DNA from: Leucoraja ocellata
Taxonomy: Eukaryota
DNA length: 64,000 nt
Reading direction: 5' to 3'
Assembly (NCBI GenBank): GCA_036785375.1
Contig: JAWMAR010000024.1
Span: 5,518,001-5,582,000 of the forward strand
The notes under the pieces are model-generated. The model ran no database searches and had not been told where the DNA came from. It was given only the letters and a program-made list of their open reading frames with translations. The position numbers and the translations under genes were made by a program. This document shows, one piece after another, positions 26,817-40,473 of the stretch (position 1 is the first letter of the stretch; every line of letters starts with the position of its first letter).

Positions 26817-27594
26817 GTTGGATATCTTGAACATACCAATTTATTATTCTTAAAGTCACATACACTGAAGTTCACCGATCTGGTTAAATTTAAGACTGCG
26901 CAAATCATGTACAAAGCAAGAAATAATTTACTTCCAAGAAATATACAAAAACTGTTTATGGAAAGACAGGGTGGGTATAATTTGAGAGGGGAACATAATT
27001 TAAAAAAAACTCAATGTCAGAACAACTCTTAAAAGTATGTGCATAGCAATCTGTGGTGTGAATTTGTGGAATGGTCTGGAACAGGAGATAAAACTTAGCA
27101 CAAGCATAATTCAGTTTAAAAAGATGTACAAAAACACTTGTTTAAAAGGATATTGGGATGAGGATAGGTGATTGTGAGTGGGATATTTGTTATACTGATT
27201 GTATTGGGAATGGTGATTATAGAGTGATGAGTTGTATATATGACTAAGATACTGTATAGAATATGAGGGTTTTTTCTTTTCTTTTAATTTTTTTATTTGT
27301 TGTATGGCTTTGTAAATATTTGATTAGTGTATAAATGTAAATAATTCGGTGTACATATGGTGTACATATAGCTGCTAAATTTGTATAAGATAATTACAAG
27401 CAGTTGAATAAGGGATGGGAATTAATAAGCTTTGGCTTCTTCCTGCTCCTTTTCAGACACATATGATTTCATTTATTTATAGATATTGTTTATGACACTT
27501 TATAAATATTTTTGTTTTTGTTTTTTGTATGCTGTTTCACACTTGCTTTTTATTTTTTTATTCTGTTCGAAATAAATAATAAAATAAATAAATA
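26817..27594 (+). mobile_element. Young L2/Crack-like LINE 3' end inserted into a CR1 tail
   Basis: EHTNLLFLKSHTLKFTDLVKFKTAQIMYKARNNLLP...GVNLWNGL; (aaat)n tail; 9-bp TSD aagttaaac at 26808-26816 and 27595-27603. Confidence 0.8.
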
Positions 27595-29982
27595 AAGTTA
27601 AACTAATCTCATCTGCCTATGTGATCTATATTGCTACATTCTCTGCATATCCTTGTGCTTATCCAAAAGCCTCTTAATCCCATACCATATAGCACAGAAG
27701 ACCTGGTGGTTTACCCGTTGAGTTATTAATAAGTTATGCACAAGATGATGAAATACATCATCTATATATCACACTTTGACTACCGAGGTTCAAATGACCA
27801 TGGCACTGGAATGCAGTTGCTATTGGTTGAACAGTTTCCAATAGTTCTGAAAAATCAGTTCAAATCCCAAGGGGAAGTTTGTTGGAGGTAAGATGCAACA
27901 CTGAGGTGAAAAAATGAGGAAAATCCTCACCAATTATTAATTAACGCATATGAGGCGATGGGCCTTAGACCCAACAGCTGTGAGAGCAACCAATTCCCAC
28001 TGTACCACACTGCCCTCTGACAATTAAAAAAAAAATCACAGCTAGATCTTGGAAAATATGAACCATTTACATACATAATCAAATGAAAATCACTATCTTC
28101 TCCTTGGTTAATGTCCCTAGCATTAAAAACCTTAATTATTCTTTGTCGGCAATGTTGGGCTGGCTGTGTCATTCAACTCCTGAAACAGACAATCTATTGC
28201 ATGCCCTGTTATGGCAAATTACCCGGTTGGGCCCTTGATTTATTGAAAAGGAGCATTTGAAATGTAAAAATAACAATCTCAAACATTGTATTGATCAGTA
28301 GGAGGATGAAATACCAAATATTGATTAAAAGCAGGTTACATGTGGTAATACTCAGCAAATCATCCCAATCTGTCAAACAAGGTATATTTAACAGCTCAGT
28401 CAAGAGTCAAGAGTGTTTTATTGTCATATGTCCCAGATAGACCAATGAAATCCAATCCAATCCTGAACGTTCTATCAGACCATATACTAATCTGACTGAG
28501 TCCACCAACTCGGATCATGTCCAACGTGACTCAAATTGGGTGGCCAGATTCTATACTAAAAAAGTGATGTTCATCGACGCTTAGCCCTCCTTTTATTGCA
28601 GATCCCAGTCCCATCTCCCATCAAGAATGCCAATAATCCCAATTTCACTGGATTGCTATCAATTACGAAACGTACACATCATGCCTTGAAACTTCTGAAC
28701 TAATACCATCAAGGGGTCATCATCATCATCAGAAGCATTGAAACAGCAGCAACAATAATGTGGATGTACATAGCAGTTAGCATGAAGCAGTAAGTTAACA
28801 AGGCATCAAAACAATTCATGAAAGATTTATCAGGACAAATTTGACACAAAGCACGAAGACCTTTGTAAAAGAGGTGGGTTTTAAGGGAGACAATTACAGA
28901 AATGTTTGAAGATCTCAGCATCTGTGGAAAGAGAAAAAAAAATGTCATTGGAGCAAGGAAGACATCTTCGTTAAGGGAGACATGCCTGGAAGAGAAGCCA
29001 CAGTGAATTTAACAGTGATAGAAAAAATAAAACTCTTAAATACTGGAATTTGAAACAGAAATTCTGGATAAACACAGCCAGTTAAGCAGCATTTCTGTCA
29101 TACTGCACAAAACAGGCCCTTTGGCTCAACTCGTCAATGCCAATCAAGATGCCCTACCCATGCTCGTCCTGAGAAAAGAGAAGCCATTTAACGGTTTACA
29201 TTGAAGAGTATTCGTCAGAACTGAGGAAGAGAGAAAGCAATTGGTGTTAAGGAGAACAGGAACTATGGAGACGCTGCTCAGAAAGGGGCAATTTAGACCA
29301 TTGTAACGATGCTGACTGAAAATTAAATTAGATTTGCTCATTAGTTTCTGACACCAGCCCTATAAGCACATCAAGAGTGGGGAATGGGGTTAGGAGGGAG
29401 AGATATTTCCGCCATGATTGAATGTCCTAATTCTGCTCCTATTACTCATGACCATAGGTGCTCATAGATATACTTTTGTAAATGTGATAAGGGTTTCTGC
29501 CTTCAGGTATTGAAAGTGAGACATGCAGATGTTTAGGGAAGGGATTTCTAATTTAGCTAGGCAGCCAAAGGCATTAGGAATGCGCTAGGTCAACCTGGAG
29601 GATCAAACAAAATTAGAAAGATTTGTGGGGGTGGATTCAGTTACAGAGAAAGGATAACAGGGCAACCGAAGAATTTGAAAACAGATAGGAGAACTTTAAA
29701 ATCAACGTGTTGATTTTACAGTGAACACAATGATTTGCTGTACTCTACATGGGCAGAGTTTGCTAACAGCTCAGGTTTACTTGTATGCATAGTGAAAGGC
29801 CAGAAAAGTGCATTTTAAAAGCACAGGCAAGATGAAATAGCCCAAATATTTATGAAAGAGATAAAGGCATTTAAGAGGAAGTATCACTTTGCTGGTAGCC
29901 AAGAAGAAGCAAGAGGAGTTGTATATGGGCTCGAAGAAAGTGTAAATGCAGAGTATACCATAAATCAAGAAACTAAAGGTGC

Positions 29983-30352
29983 ATAGAAACATAGAAATTA
30001 GGTGCAGGAGTAGGCCATTCGGCCCTTCGAGCCTGCACCGCCATTCAATATGATCATGGCTGATCATCCAACTCAGTATCCCGTGCCTGCCTTCTCTCCA
30101 TACCCCCTGATCCCCTTAGCCACAAGGGCCACATCTAACTCCCTCTTAAATATAGCCAATGAACTGGCCTCAACTACCCTCTGTGGCAGAGAGTTCCAGA
30201 GATTCACCACTCTCTGTGTGAAAAAAGTTCTTCTCATCTCGGTTTTAAAGGATTTCCCCCTTATCCTTAAGCTGTGACCCCTTGTCCTGGACTTCCCTAA
30301 CATCGGGAACAATCTTCCTGCATCTAGCCTGTCCAACCCCTTAAGAATTTTG
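29983..30352 (-). mobile_element. Young CR1-like LINE 3' end
   Basis: ORF 30073..30363 KILKGLDRLDAGRLFP...FTQRVVNLWNSLPQ; (tttctatg)n tail. Confidence 0.92.
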
Positions 30353-30863
30353 ACATATAACACAACACAATAATCAGAGGGGACTTTAATTTAGATCGGG
30401 CAAACCAAACAAACAGTAAAATTGTGAAGAATAATTTCAATCATTGTTAAAGAGCTGATTTTCTAGATCAGTACAGTTAGGTACCAATGCAGGAAAGGGT
30501 TATTTCAAATCGAGTAGCATAATGAACAAGGATTTATTAGTATTTATGGATTTAAGGAGCCTTTAAAGCACCGTGATCATAAAATGATCAGAATTTACTA
30601 CAAAAATTGAAAGTGATTTTGTTCGGTCTATTGGGGAACAAGTAAATGGTTGAGAAATAAAACAAATATTTTGTGTCTGGTTTTAAATGCAGCATTACAA
30701 ATGTCCCGGAAATACTGGAGAACAGCAGCTCTGGAATGAGGAAATAAAATAAATTCAAAATTTATTAATAAGGACAATTAATGCCATTCAATGATATTAA
30801 AACCTAACACATTTATCCTCGGATTTTGAAGGAGATGGTGTTTAAGGAGATAGTAAATGCATT

Positions 30864-31255
30864 AGTCAAGTCAAGTTTATTTGTCACATACACATACGAG
30901 ATGTGCAGTGAAATGAAAGTGGCAATGCTTGCAGACTTTTGTGCAAAAGACAAACAACCAAACAACCAAACAAACTATAAACACAATCATAACACACATA
31001 TTCTTTTACATAATAAATAATGGAAGGAAAAACGTTCAGTAGAGTTAGTCCCTGGTGAGATAGGCGTTTACAGTCCGAATGGCCTCTGGGAAGAAACTCC
31101 TTCTCAATCTCTCCGTTCTCACCGTATGGCAATGGAGGCGTTTGCCTGACCGTAGCAGCTGGAACAGTCCGTTGCAGGGGTGGAAGGGGTCTCTCATGAT
31201 ATTGTTGGCTCTGGAGTTGCACCTCCTGATGTATAGTTCCTACAGGGGGGCAAGT
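30864..31255 (-). mobile_element. Rex1/Babar-type LINE 3' end
   Basis: IMRDPFHPCNGLFQLLRSGKRLHCHTVRTERLRRSFFPEAIRTVN; (gactt)n tail. Confidence 0.85.
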
Positions 31256-31279
31256 GAAGGCACTCACTGGGGACACTTA

Positions 31280-31725
31280 ACATTTTAATGGATGTTGCCA
31301 GGACTAGAGGGTGTGAGCTATAGGGAGAGGTAGAGTAGGCCTGGTCTCTATTCCATGGATCGTAGGAGGATGAGGGGAGATTGTATAGACGTATACAAAA
31401 TCATGAGAGGAATATATCGGGTAGATGCACAGAGTCTTTTACCCAGAGTAGGAGAATCGAGGACCAGAGGACATAGGTTCAAGGTGAAGGGGAAAAGATT
31501 TAATAGGAAATTGAGGGGTAACTTTTTCACACAGTGGGTGTATGGAACAAGCTGCCAGAGGAGGTTGTTGAGGCTGGGACTATCCCATTGTTTAAGAAAC
31601 AGTTGGACAGGTACATGGATCAAGCGTAGGCAAGTGGGACTAGGGTAGCTGGGACATTGTTGGCCGGTGTGGGCAAGTTGGGCCGAAGGCCTGTTTCCAC
31701 AATGTACCACTCTATGATTCTATGC
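31280..31725 (+). mobile_element. CR1-like LINE 3' end
   Basis: ORF 31355..31648 RRRMRGDCIDVYKIMRG...TRGHRFKV; tail ctctatgattctatg. Confidence 0.9.
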
Positions 31726-32427
31726 ATGTTAATTATAAAAGGAAGCTTGACTGGCAATGATATTTACACTGATCAGGGCATCTAAATCTGGGATTACCAG
31801 TTTCTTTATCAGTAAAATAATTTTTTTTATCCTGCGAGAAATAAATATTTAGAAATCTCTGGCTGAGATGACTGAGGAGGCCAAGTTGCTGCATATGCTC
31901 ATGGACAAGATTGATAATTTTTTAGATATTAAAGAAACCAAGGGATAATTCAGGAGAATTGTGTCACAATCTCAATGAATATCAAAGCAGGCATGAAGAG
32001 TGAATGGCATACACTTTCTGGGCCAGTTCCTCATATGCTGGAATTCCCTGAAATGTATTTATTTCTTCTTTGAAAATTGCCAATGAGCTTTCCTCCACAA
32101 TACTCTAGCATATATAATTCCAGCAATTCACTGCATATAACAGCATTTAAAAGATACTTGGACAGTTAAATGGACAGGAAAGGTTTAGAGGGATATGGGC
32201 CACATTTGGGGTAAATGGGACTAGTTTAGATAAGGCATCTTGGCTGGTATGACTAGTTAGACCAAAGGGCCTATTTCCACACTCAATTACTCTAAGAGAT
32301 TCCTATACGCCAGTAAATGCCCGTCTGCCCCACCACATCTTCCTTATATTTTAACCATGGAAACTGGTGGTTTCAGGAGTAAAAAAATTGGGTCAGGCAC
32401 TCAACTGAAGTGTCAAGTCGTATTATT

Positions 32428-32745
32428 TAGTTTTTTTAGTTTAGTTTAGAGATACAGTGCAGAAACAGGCCCTTCAGCTCATCGAGTCCGTGCCAGCCAG
32501 TAATCCCCGCACACTAACGTTATCCTACACTCACTGGGGACACTTAACAATTATATCAAGCCAATTAACCTACAAACCTGTGCGACTTTGGAGTGTGGGA
32601 GGAAACCGGAGTACCCGGAGAAAACCCATGCAGGTCATGGGGAGAATGTACAAATTTCATACAGACAGCACCTGTAGTCAGGATCGAACCTGGGTCTTTG
32701 GCACTGTTAGGCAGTAACTCTACCACTGCGCCACTGAGCCATCCT
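32428..32745 (-). mobile_element. tRNA-derived V-SINE (HE1-like), full length
   Basis: A box TGGCGCAGTGG (32723-32733), B box GGTTCGATCC (32681-32690), V-domain, CR1-like tail with (ctaaa)n; 11-bp TSD gtcgtattatt. Confidence 0.9.
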
Positions 32746-33385
32746 GTCGTATTATTGTTGGATGATGTTGTTCAGGGGCAGCATGTAATTGAGAACCAAG
32801 AGATGTGTATACAGCGATTCCTTTGAGGCTCCAGAGGTGGCTCTTTCTCAGAGAACTAGGGATGAGCAGTAATGAGAGCTTATCAGTATTGTCTATATTT
32901 TGATCAAATTGTCTCAATGGAAAACAGACAAAATAAAATGCTATCAATCAAAGTAAAGACATTGTTGTGTTTTTCAAAGTATTTAAAGTGAATGATTTTT
33001 TTTAATTCACCTCAAAAATGATCAGGTGGTGCTCCACTTTCTGAACAGTTCATTTACCTTAAAAGACAGCTGAAAAACATTTACTGCCAGAACATACTGG
33101 ACTTTAAATAAATGAATATACTCAATAATTATCTGCTACATTAAGCCTTTGTAACAATTAAATGTGGTGGCTATAAGTGCATATTCCCTTATTAATGCGT
33201 TAATAGAATTCATAAAAAAGTTATTCCCTTCTGAAGCCATTGCCAAGCCAATTTATCCACCACAGAAAATGTAAAATTATAGCCACCTTATTTGTATCTT
33301 CTTTTTAAAAGATATTTTGATACGCTGATTTATTATTGCTGCAAGAAAGTCAGGGAAATTGTGCCATTCCTGGTTGAGAACATAA

Positions 33386-33576
33386 AGGGCCTGTCCCACT
33401 TACGCGACCTTTACAGGCGACTGCCAGCACCCGTCATAGGTCGCCGAAATTTTCAACATGTTGAAAATTCAGCGACGACCAGGAAGACGCTACGACTCTT
33501 TAGAGACCTCTCACGACCATACAGCGACATGTGCCGGCAGTCGTCTGCAAAAGGTCGTGTAAGTGAGACAGGCCCT
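33386..33576. mobile_element. Palindromic MITE, PIF/Harbinger-like
   Basis: TIR AGGGCCTGTCCCACTTACGCGACC / GGTCGTGTAAGTGAGACAGGCCCT; TAA on both sides; central ttttcaacatgttgaaaa palindrome. Confidence 0.88.
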
Positions 33577-33714
33577 TAAGAGATCACTTGTCCATAATGT
33601 CAATTTAAATCATCTTTGTTATCAGACATCCACCGAATTTCACTAAATCATCACAAAAACAGTTTTGGGACAGTGTAAACAAACCTTCAATTCCAAAGTG
33701 AAAATTAAAAAAAA

Positions 33715-33832
33715 TTGCAGATGCTGGAAAAATGATAAAGTTCTGACAAAGGGTCTTAGGCCTGAAACTGTAACTTTGTGTTTCTCCTGACAGATGTGAC
33801 CTGGCACTCTAAGAGCTTCCAGCATTTTGTGT
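33715..33832. mobile_element. Degenerate Penelope-terminus-derived element
   Basis: gcagatgctgga...ctgacaaagggtcttaggcctgaaac...ccagcattttgtgt. Confidence 0.6.
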
Positions 33833-34328
33833 ATTTATTTTATCACCCTAATTTCAAAGTTCATTTAAAAACAATTTACAGCTACTCCACTGTATCAAAT
33901 ATAAAGTGCACACTTTGTTGCTCGACCAATGTCCATGCAGGACATGGTTTACTCTGGTTTATTATGACCAGAAGTTTATTCACAACTCTGGTTCAAACTA
34001 CCCTTTTTTTCCCCAGACATGACTCATCTCGTCCCACCATCATCCTGTGCAGTAACAGTGACATTCAGTCTTTGCACCGTACCCTGCTGAGAAACATATT
34101 CAGTATATGAAATGGTGACAACATTTTCTTGCAGTTTGAAACGGCAGGGTAATAAAACTTGAAAAAAAACTAGAAATAATTAGCTTTTTCTCAGGCATTG
34201 TTGCTGGAAAACCATGCTGAGAAATCTCAAAATGAAATAAGCAAGTTTGCTCGAAGGAAATATGGTCTTATGACTCCTAATAAACAGAAAAGATAATTTG
34301 AATAACTATTCCACTTAAGGAGTCTAAC

Positions 34329-34517
34329 CTGAATAAGGTATGCTGGCACAGTAATCATGCAGGCAGAAAGAGATGTTCTGAGAAGTCCACGGAGTGCATA
34401 GAGAAATCTCGTGAGACTGTATGCAGATTCTGGGTTTTCATTAAGGCCAACATCGTCTCCCCATAACACTGAGCCAAGTGAGTGGATTCCTATTCGCAGG
34501 ATGTTCCTCTGTTTAGT
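34329..34517 (-). CDS. ELP4: ELP4 coding exon 7, 189 nt, phase 0-0
   Basis: [63 protein letters not shown] (inside ORF 34227..34550); acceptor ctcttcctgcAG, donor GTTAGA. Confidence 0.97.
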
Positions 34518-35109
34518 CTGCAGGAAGAGAGGTGCAAATGAATGTGACAAAACAGCAGGGGGTTGCTTATAAATGACACCCTTCCTACCCAGTTTGCATT
34601 CTAACTTACAAGATCTACAACAGCTACTGGACAGGTGACGAGTCTTTGAAATTTCTGTCTGGACTTGCTTTCCAGCTGCCTAACGGCTCATAAAACAGCT
34701 TGTTTCCTTGGCATATCAACAGGGAAGGATACCAGTAGAACCTTAATAAGAGCTGTACTTTTGCAAAAGCCTACATAGCTGCTAGCAAAGTGCCAAGAAA
34801 GGATCAGCGTATGCTAGACTTCCAGCTGGTTTGGGCTAGGATTCTGTTAACAAAAGCTGCCTGTGGTATCACAAACGATTCATGCTACCAAAAAGGATAG
34901 CTTATTCTACACTTTTACTTACATGGAGAGACCAGTTGCCTAGACACACAAAAAGCATTGTGCAAATTTTTGTTTGATCATAAGCGACTGGTTGTGACAA
35001 AGAGTCAAACTGAGATAAAAATCAGAAGGAAATGTGCACAAATTAATTGCTGAAAAATATATCCAATAAAATACACATAATTGAGAAAATCAGATGAGTT
35101 TGTGAAAGA

Positions 35110-35110
<1 letters not shown>

Positions 35111-35190
<80 letters not shown>
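35111..35190. repeat. (TG)40 microsatellite
   Basis: Perfect dinucleotide run. Confidence 0.99.
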
Positions 35191-35193
<3 letters not shown>

Positions 35194-36031
35194 ATACATA
35201 TGGATTCACCATATATGCTGTCCGTTTTTGACATTCCCTGCTTTGGAAAACCTGTCATCTTGCTACAGAAACAGCTCGGCACACTGTACTGTGGGAACTG
35301 TTAAGACATGCCTGTTGCCATGGTTACTACTGGGAAGGGGAGAGGTGTCTGTCAGGGACCAATTTACTTCCCCAAAGGGGTTTTGCCTCCACAGGGAAAG
35401 GCAGCCTGTCCAGATCTGTGTCGAAATCTCAGTAGAGATTGCGAGCTGAGCAATAACAAGCTAAATTAAGACACAAGTATTAGTAAAGCTAAAGTTGCTA
35501 TGAAGTTTTTCTTCAGTCAGAGGCTTGGGCTCAGCCAATTTAGTTAACATTTTGATGAAATGGTGACTGAACAGCCTCCTACAAACTTAAATTATCAGAT
35601 TTTTCTCTGTAACAAAACAAAGATTTTCTTGGTCATGGTTTTGTCAAGGCTACAAGTTTTACAACATGGATATTTTCATTATATCAATGAAAAACGCCCA
35701 ATGTAGCTTAATGTGAAGTCAGGCTAAGCCACTTTCTCGAATGGACAGCTCCTTTTTAGGTGCTCAGTGACTAATGATGCCAGAGCACACTGCTTATGCA
35801 CATCAATGCTTGTACCCAATAGAGTTGAGGAAAGCTCAAAACGTGAGGCAAATGCATATTAACATATGACCCATACTCTGTCTTTGCAATGCTTGTTTAC
35901 TTCATCTATGCTTAGAAACAGCTTGTTCATTGTTGATTATTCCAAGCCCTTCCGGCTGCACCCTGGAGAGCGCTATGAAAACAACATTAGTTACTTGATT
36001 ACAGAAGACACGAAGGGCTTGTGCACCATAC

Positions 36032-36116
36032 CTGGGGACTGGATCCATCAAATCCTTCCTCACGGATGACTCTCTGTATGGCTCGAAGCAGCTTGACGTA
36101 ACCCAAGTTCATGTTA
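36032..36116 (-). CDS. ELP4: ELP4 coding exon 6, 85 nt, phase 2-0
   Basis: (S)NMNLGYVKLLRAIQRVIREEGFDGSSPQ; acceptor acttttttttgatAG, donor GTATGG; phase fits exon 5. Confidence 0.96.
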
Positions 36117-38699
36117 CTATCAAAAAAAAGTGTGAAAAGGAAGTCACAAATTTAAAACATCACTTTAGCACCCTGTTGGTAGTTTTATGCTAATGAACGA
36201 TGGGACTCAATCCACTACTTTGTACATGGCCATTCTCTATTGACAGAATCTGGGGGGAAGTTGATGAGAAAGTGGGGAGAAAAAAAATGAGATTAATGTA
36301 GAATTAGTGCGTTTGGGTGATTGACGGTTGGCGTGGATTCAATGGGCTGAAGGGCCTGTTTTTGTTCCATATCTCTCTATGACTCTAATATCAAAGTGCA
36401 TGTCTTTACTCCAAAACAACCTGAAGGAAAATTGTGATCTTTACCCTGTCTACATTAGTCCAGAAGAATTTCATTTATCCAAACTGAGAAACTTTCAGTT
36501 CAATGCCAATATAGCTGACTTATGATAAGCACATAACATTATTAATATTTTATTAATATTTTGCTTTGGGTTACAATTATAATTGGAAAACCACCAATCC
36601 ATTAGATGCAAATGAGGGTATACTTTGCGTGGACCCAATATGAATCTATTACAGATTTGTTAAAAACAAATGAAAAACTAGCCGGAGTGTTTTTTATTTA
36701 ACTTGCGGACTAATTACGAAGATTTGCCTAAATTGGGAGTGCTCAGATTTTAGTGCAATACAAAATACATGTCTTTTGCCTTACATCAGGTTTCTGCAGT
36801 ACTAGTTCTATTTATAATCAGTGGTCCCAAGCCAGAGCAAAATCTTAATTTCATTCTAAACTGCTTAAGTGAAAAATAAACCGAACTAATAAATTGAGTT
36901 CACAGCACAGCCATATAAATAAAATGCACCCTGGGAGGCAGCATTCATTCGCTTGTATTAACTACCTCAGTGACCTGACACCATATGAAAGGGATATTCT
37001 GCAGAGACAAGGATGCCTTAATTATGTCAGGCTCACTTACCTCCTAGAAAATTAATGATTTAATGAAGCAACTTAAAAGATGAAACCACTACAGCATTTC
37101 TGTGTTAAATCATAGATTAATTAACATATCGTTAATGAACTGCCACAGCAAGCACACCTGATCAAAGTCCTAGTCACCTGAGCTTATCTTGTTGAAAATT
37201 TGTAATTTTAATAAAAACATTTTGCAAAATGTTTTTTTCCCCCATCAATAATAAACTTGTTTGTGCCAAAATATGTTATTGTTCTAGTCAAGAAAATTAA
37301 AATAGAGTGACATGCAAATATCCATTTTAAACTACATCCAGGTGAAGGCCAACGGAACAAAAATTTACATAAATGGAGAAAAATATGCTCCAAAATTATA
37401 GATGTATAAAGTTAAACAACATACATGTTATAACCTGATGTATAAAATAAATGACAAATGTCATATGACACATTGTTTTAAAGTGTAAAACAAAGAATCT
37501 ATGCTAAATAGAACACAGTAAATGAAATGAATATATATATATATATTGGTAACTAAATGATTAAATAGCTCAGACAAAAGGCACAAATTTAACATTCATA
37601 AATTTAAATTATATTTTTGTCAGTTCCAGGTCCCAAGAACTATCCATTTCTTTTGAAGTGAAGAGAAACTTAAAACCTTCAAATGTGTGGATAGAGAAAA
37701 TAGTGAACATGTTTAGGCTATGTTAGTAACATGTAACATATGGAAATAACAGAAATGTTTGCTTAGCTCTTATCATACTTGGAAAATAAATCTGCTCTTT
37801 CCTTCGCTTGGCAATGATGTTCTCCCCCAATCTTCTTCACACTCATCAAGCAGATATCAAAAGTTGATGGTATTACTAAGATTAACAGACCCAAGGTGAG
37901 CATAAGGGACACAATAATGCTGCAATGTTTCAAACGGATTTACAAGAAAAAAACATCAATCATTGAGAAGTTTATGTTTTCACCTCCATTTACCCAAACG
38001 ATAACTAACATTCCAATTACCTGTGAAAATTTCATTGAGATGAGGTCTGATCAGAAAAGAACAGCCACTGCAGTTTGGTTATGAAAACTTAAGTGTCAAT
38101 TCAAATTGATCTAAAAATACCGTGCCAAAAGTCTTGGTTTGCACTGTACAATAAGCCTGTGCTAAGTAATAAATGCAAGTTACGAATCCTGAGGTTCTTT
38201 AGATTAGATAATCATTATTTTAAAACTGTTAACCAATTAGAAAATCAAATCAAGAGATCAAGTGGAGTTGAGCCTGAGTACTGATATCTGGAAATTACAA
38301 TATTAAGGTGGGGGTAGGTGTTGGGAGGGAATCAACCCATTTAGAGGAGGACTAGCATGAAACTATTCACCTTGCAACACTTATCCTCCGGAACCATGGT
38401 CACTCCAACTTCAGTCACTGAAGTGCAGCGAGTAGGTAAAGCAGGATTATGCACAAACTTCAAGTTATTGTCAATTGGATCACTGAAACATACAGAAGAA
38501 TAAGTCCTATACTTAACATATGTAAAACAAAGATATTCTACTGAACTGCCTATTTGTAGAACATTGCCCTTCAATAATATAGGTGCATACTAAAACCCTG
38601 AAAATACACTTCCCATATCGTAGGAGTCTTTTCCCAATGATTTCAGACACTGATGACAAACAGTGCCCTCACATTGCTTTTGGCCAAATAAGGAGAGGA

Positions 38700-39000
38700 G
38701 TGTTTGAGGTTTAAGACCTCTAAGCAAGCACAAAACCTATAGCCTAGAAGACAGCAGTGATCTGTCCTCCTGAGTGGTTTTAAGATATGGATATCTATAG
38801 CAGGTACCGAAGATACCATCAATGCTGTCTTGTCAAACTTCACTGGCATGTGAAACAATCCAATGTCAGCATCCTATCCCTGATCAACATCCCCAGAATT
38901 GAGGTCCTAACTGCATTTGATTCTGAAGGGAAGGTCCCATTGATCTATATCCGGCACCCATGCTTCTGAAACTGTCTACACTGAACACGATCATGGAAAG
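38700..39000 (+). mobile_element. Old RTE-type LINE relic
   Basis: HQCCLVKLHWHVKQSNVSILSLINIPRIEVL resembles the RTE HQRCLR...TN..VL..A.IPSIE motif. Confidence 0.55.
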
Positions 39001-39254
39001 AGATTACCAGCTACATGAAGAAAAAAAACCCAAGAATAATACTCTTTGATAAATACAATGCATGTTCATCTTAGTCTGTTCTGTCATATAATATGATTAA
39101 TCAAAAATGCAATAGCATCCCTACCAACCTTTGTGAATCTGTGTCCCATGGTTATTGAAAATAGAAAAATATATTATAATACTGAAAACCAATGCATAAA
39201 TGTGGTGTAAGGTACTAGTTCTCATCACCTCTGCCTGGATAGTCTACAATCAAA

Positions 39255-39770
39255 AGGCATGAAGAAAGTATTCTTCAACTTCAGGTAACCCAATTCCTCT
39301 CATTCCCTTTCTGTCTTTCTTATCTATCCATTTAGCCCTTTCCAATCACCCCATCAGCCTCCATTTACAAGGGTTATTTCCCCTCCTCTACACTCATCAC
39401 CTACACATTGTTCCCACTAGGTCCCCTTCTCTCCGTCCATTGTTCCAATCTGCCCATTTCTCCCTTATTACATTCAACTCTTCCTTTCTTATGTACCATA
39501 ATCTGCAGCTCTTTGTTGTCTTCAATTATCCACTCCCAGCCTCTGTCAGTGTTTCCACGTTTCCCTCCCCACCTGACTCCATTTGCCAATTGACCTCTCC
39601 TCATTTCGATCCACCAATCGTTTGCCAGCTCGTGCAAAATCCTCCACCTCTTTATACTGTTCATCTTCCCCCTACTCTTTCAGTCCAGATGAAGGGTTTT
39701 GACTGTCCATTTCCCTCCACAGATGCTGCCTGACTTGCGTTCCTCCAGCAATTTGGTTTTTCCTCACACA
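39255..39770 (+). mobile_element. Old Penelope 3' end with degenerate terminal repeat
   Basis: ttcaacttcaggtaa, a pyrimidine-rich UTR, then cagatgaagggtttt...cagatgctgcctgac...ctccagca. Confidence 0.6.
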
Positions 39771-40248
39771 CTGCATGCATCTCCTAAACCAACTGCGGCA
39801 TAGATTAAGGGTTCCACCATGGCTCCATCAGCATTTTCAGAACCGGTGTGGAAGCAAGTTAATCTCAGTCCTGGGGAACTGTTTAAATTAATGACCATCG
39901 GGTCTTCTGATTAAAAAAAAACTGTTAAGAAAACTGCATGTTATATGTACCTATGTTTGTTGAATGTTTATTTTTCAATCTTTGTTCTGAGAATAGTTAC
40001 CTTCATCACAGATATCCACTTTGTTAATACACATTGCATCACCTACAAAACAAGACTATAACTACTTAATATCACACGTGAATTTAGTGTATCCTTAAAT
40101 GGATGCCTTGGAGTGGGTTAACAAAGAATATCAGTTGCACAATTGTTGTAAGCCATTAAATTTGTTTGAAATCAAATGAAATTGTAAGTAATTGTTCAAA
40201 ATTGCTCATCCTCCTCCACTCACTCCCATTCCCTGCCCCAGCACCTAC

Positions 40249-40473
40249 CCAGGACGTAGAGCAGCGCCAGGGCCTGGAACTCGGCCTGGTTTGCATACTC
40301 GGCCCGGCCCTGGCTGTAGGTGGCCGAAGCACTCGTGGACCTGGGCCTTGACGGAGCCGAGCTCGCTGTGTGGGGGACTGGGTGAGGGTGGCGGGCGGGC
40401 GGCCAAGCCAGAGCTGCCCACAGAGCAGGAAGCGGAGGCTGTGCTGCAGGATCAGTTCAGCAATGCCCCTTCC
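40249..40473 (-). pseudogene. SAC3D1-like (SAC3/GANP domain) exon fragment, frameshifted
   Basis: Three frames join to GIAELILQHSLRFLLCGQLWLG.../HSELGSVKAQVHECFGHL/TYSQGRAEYANQAEFQALALLYVLG, resembling recalled SAC3D1 (QAQVQEGFG..Y....Q..FQ.L.LLYNLG). GC-rich against AT-rich flanks; ends in G|GTAGGT. Confidence 0.75.

Noticed and set aside
32660-32745. tRNA-like sequence with A and B boxes
   Set aside because: It is the head of a V-SINE with body, tail and TSD, not a tRNA gene.
35005-35449. HT/CV-repeat ORFs
   Set aside because: Translations of the (TG)40 microsatellite.
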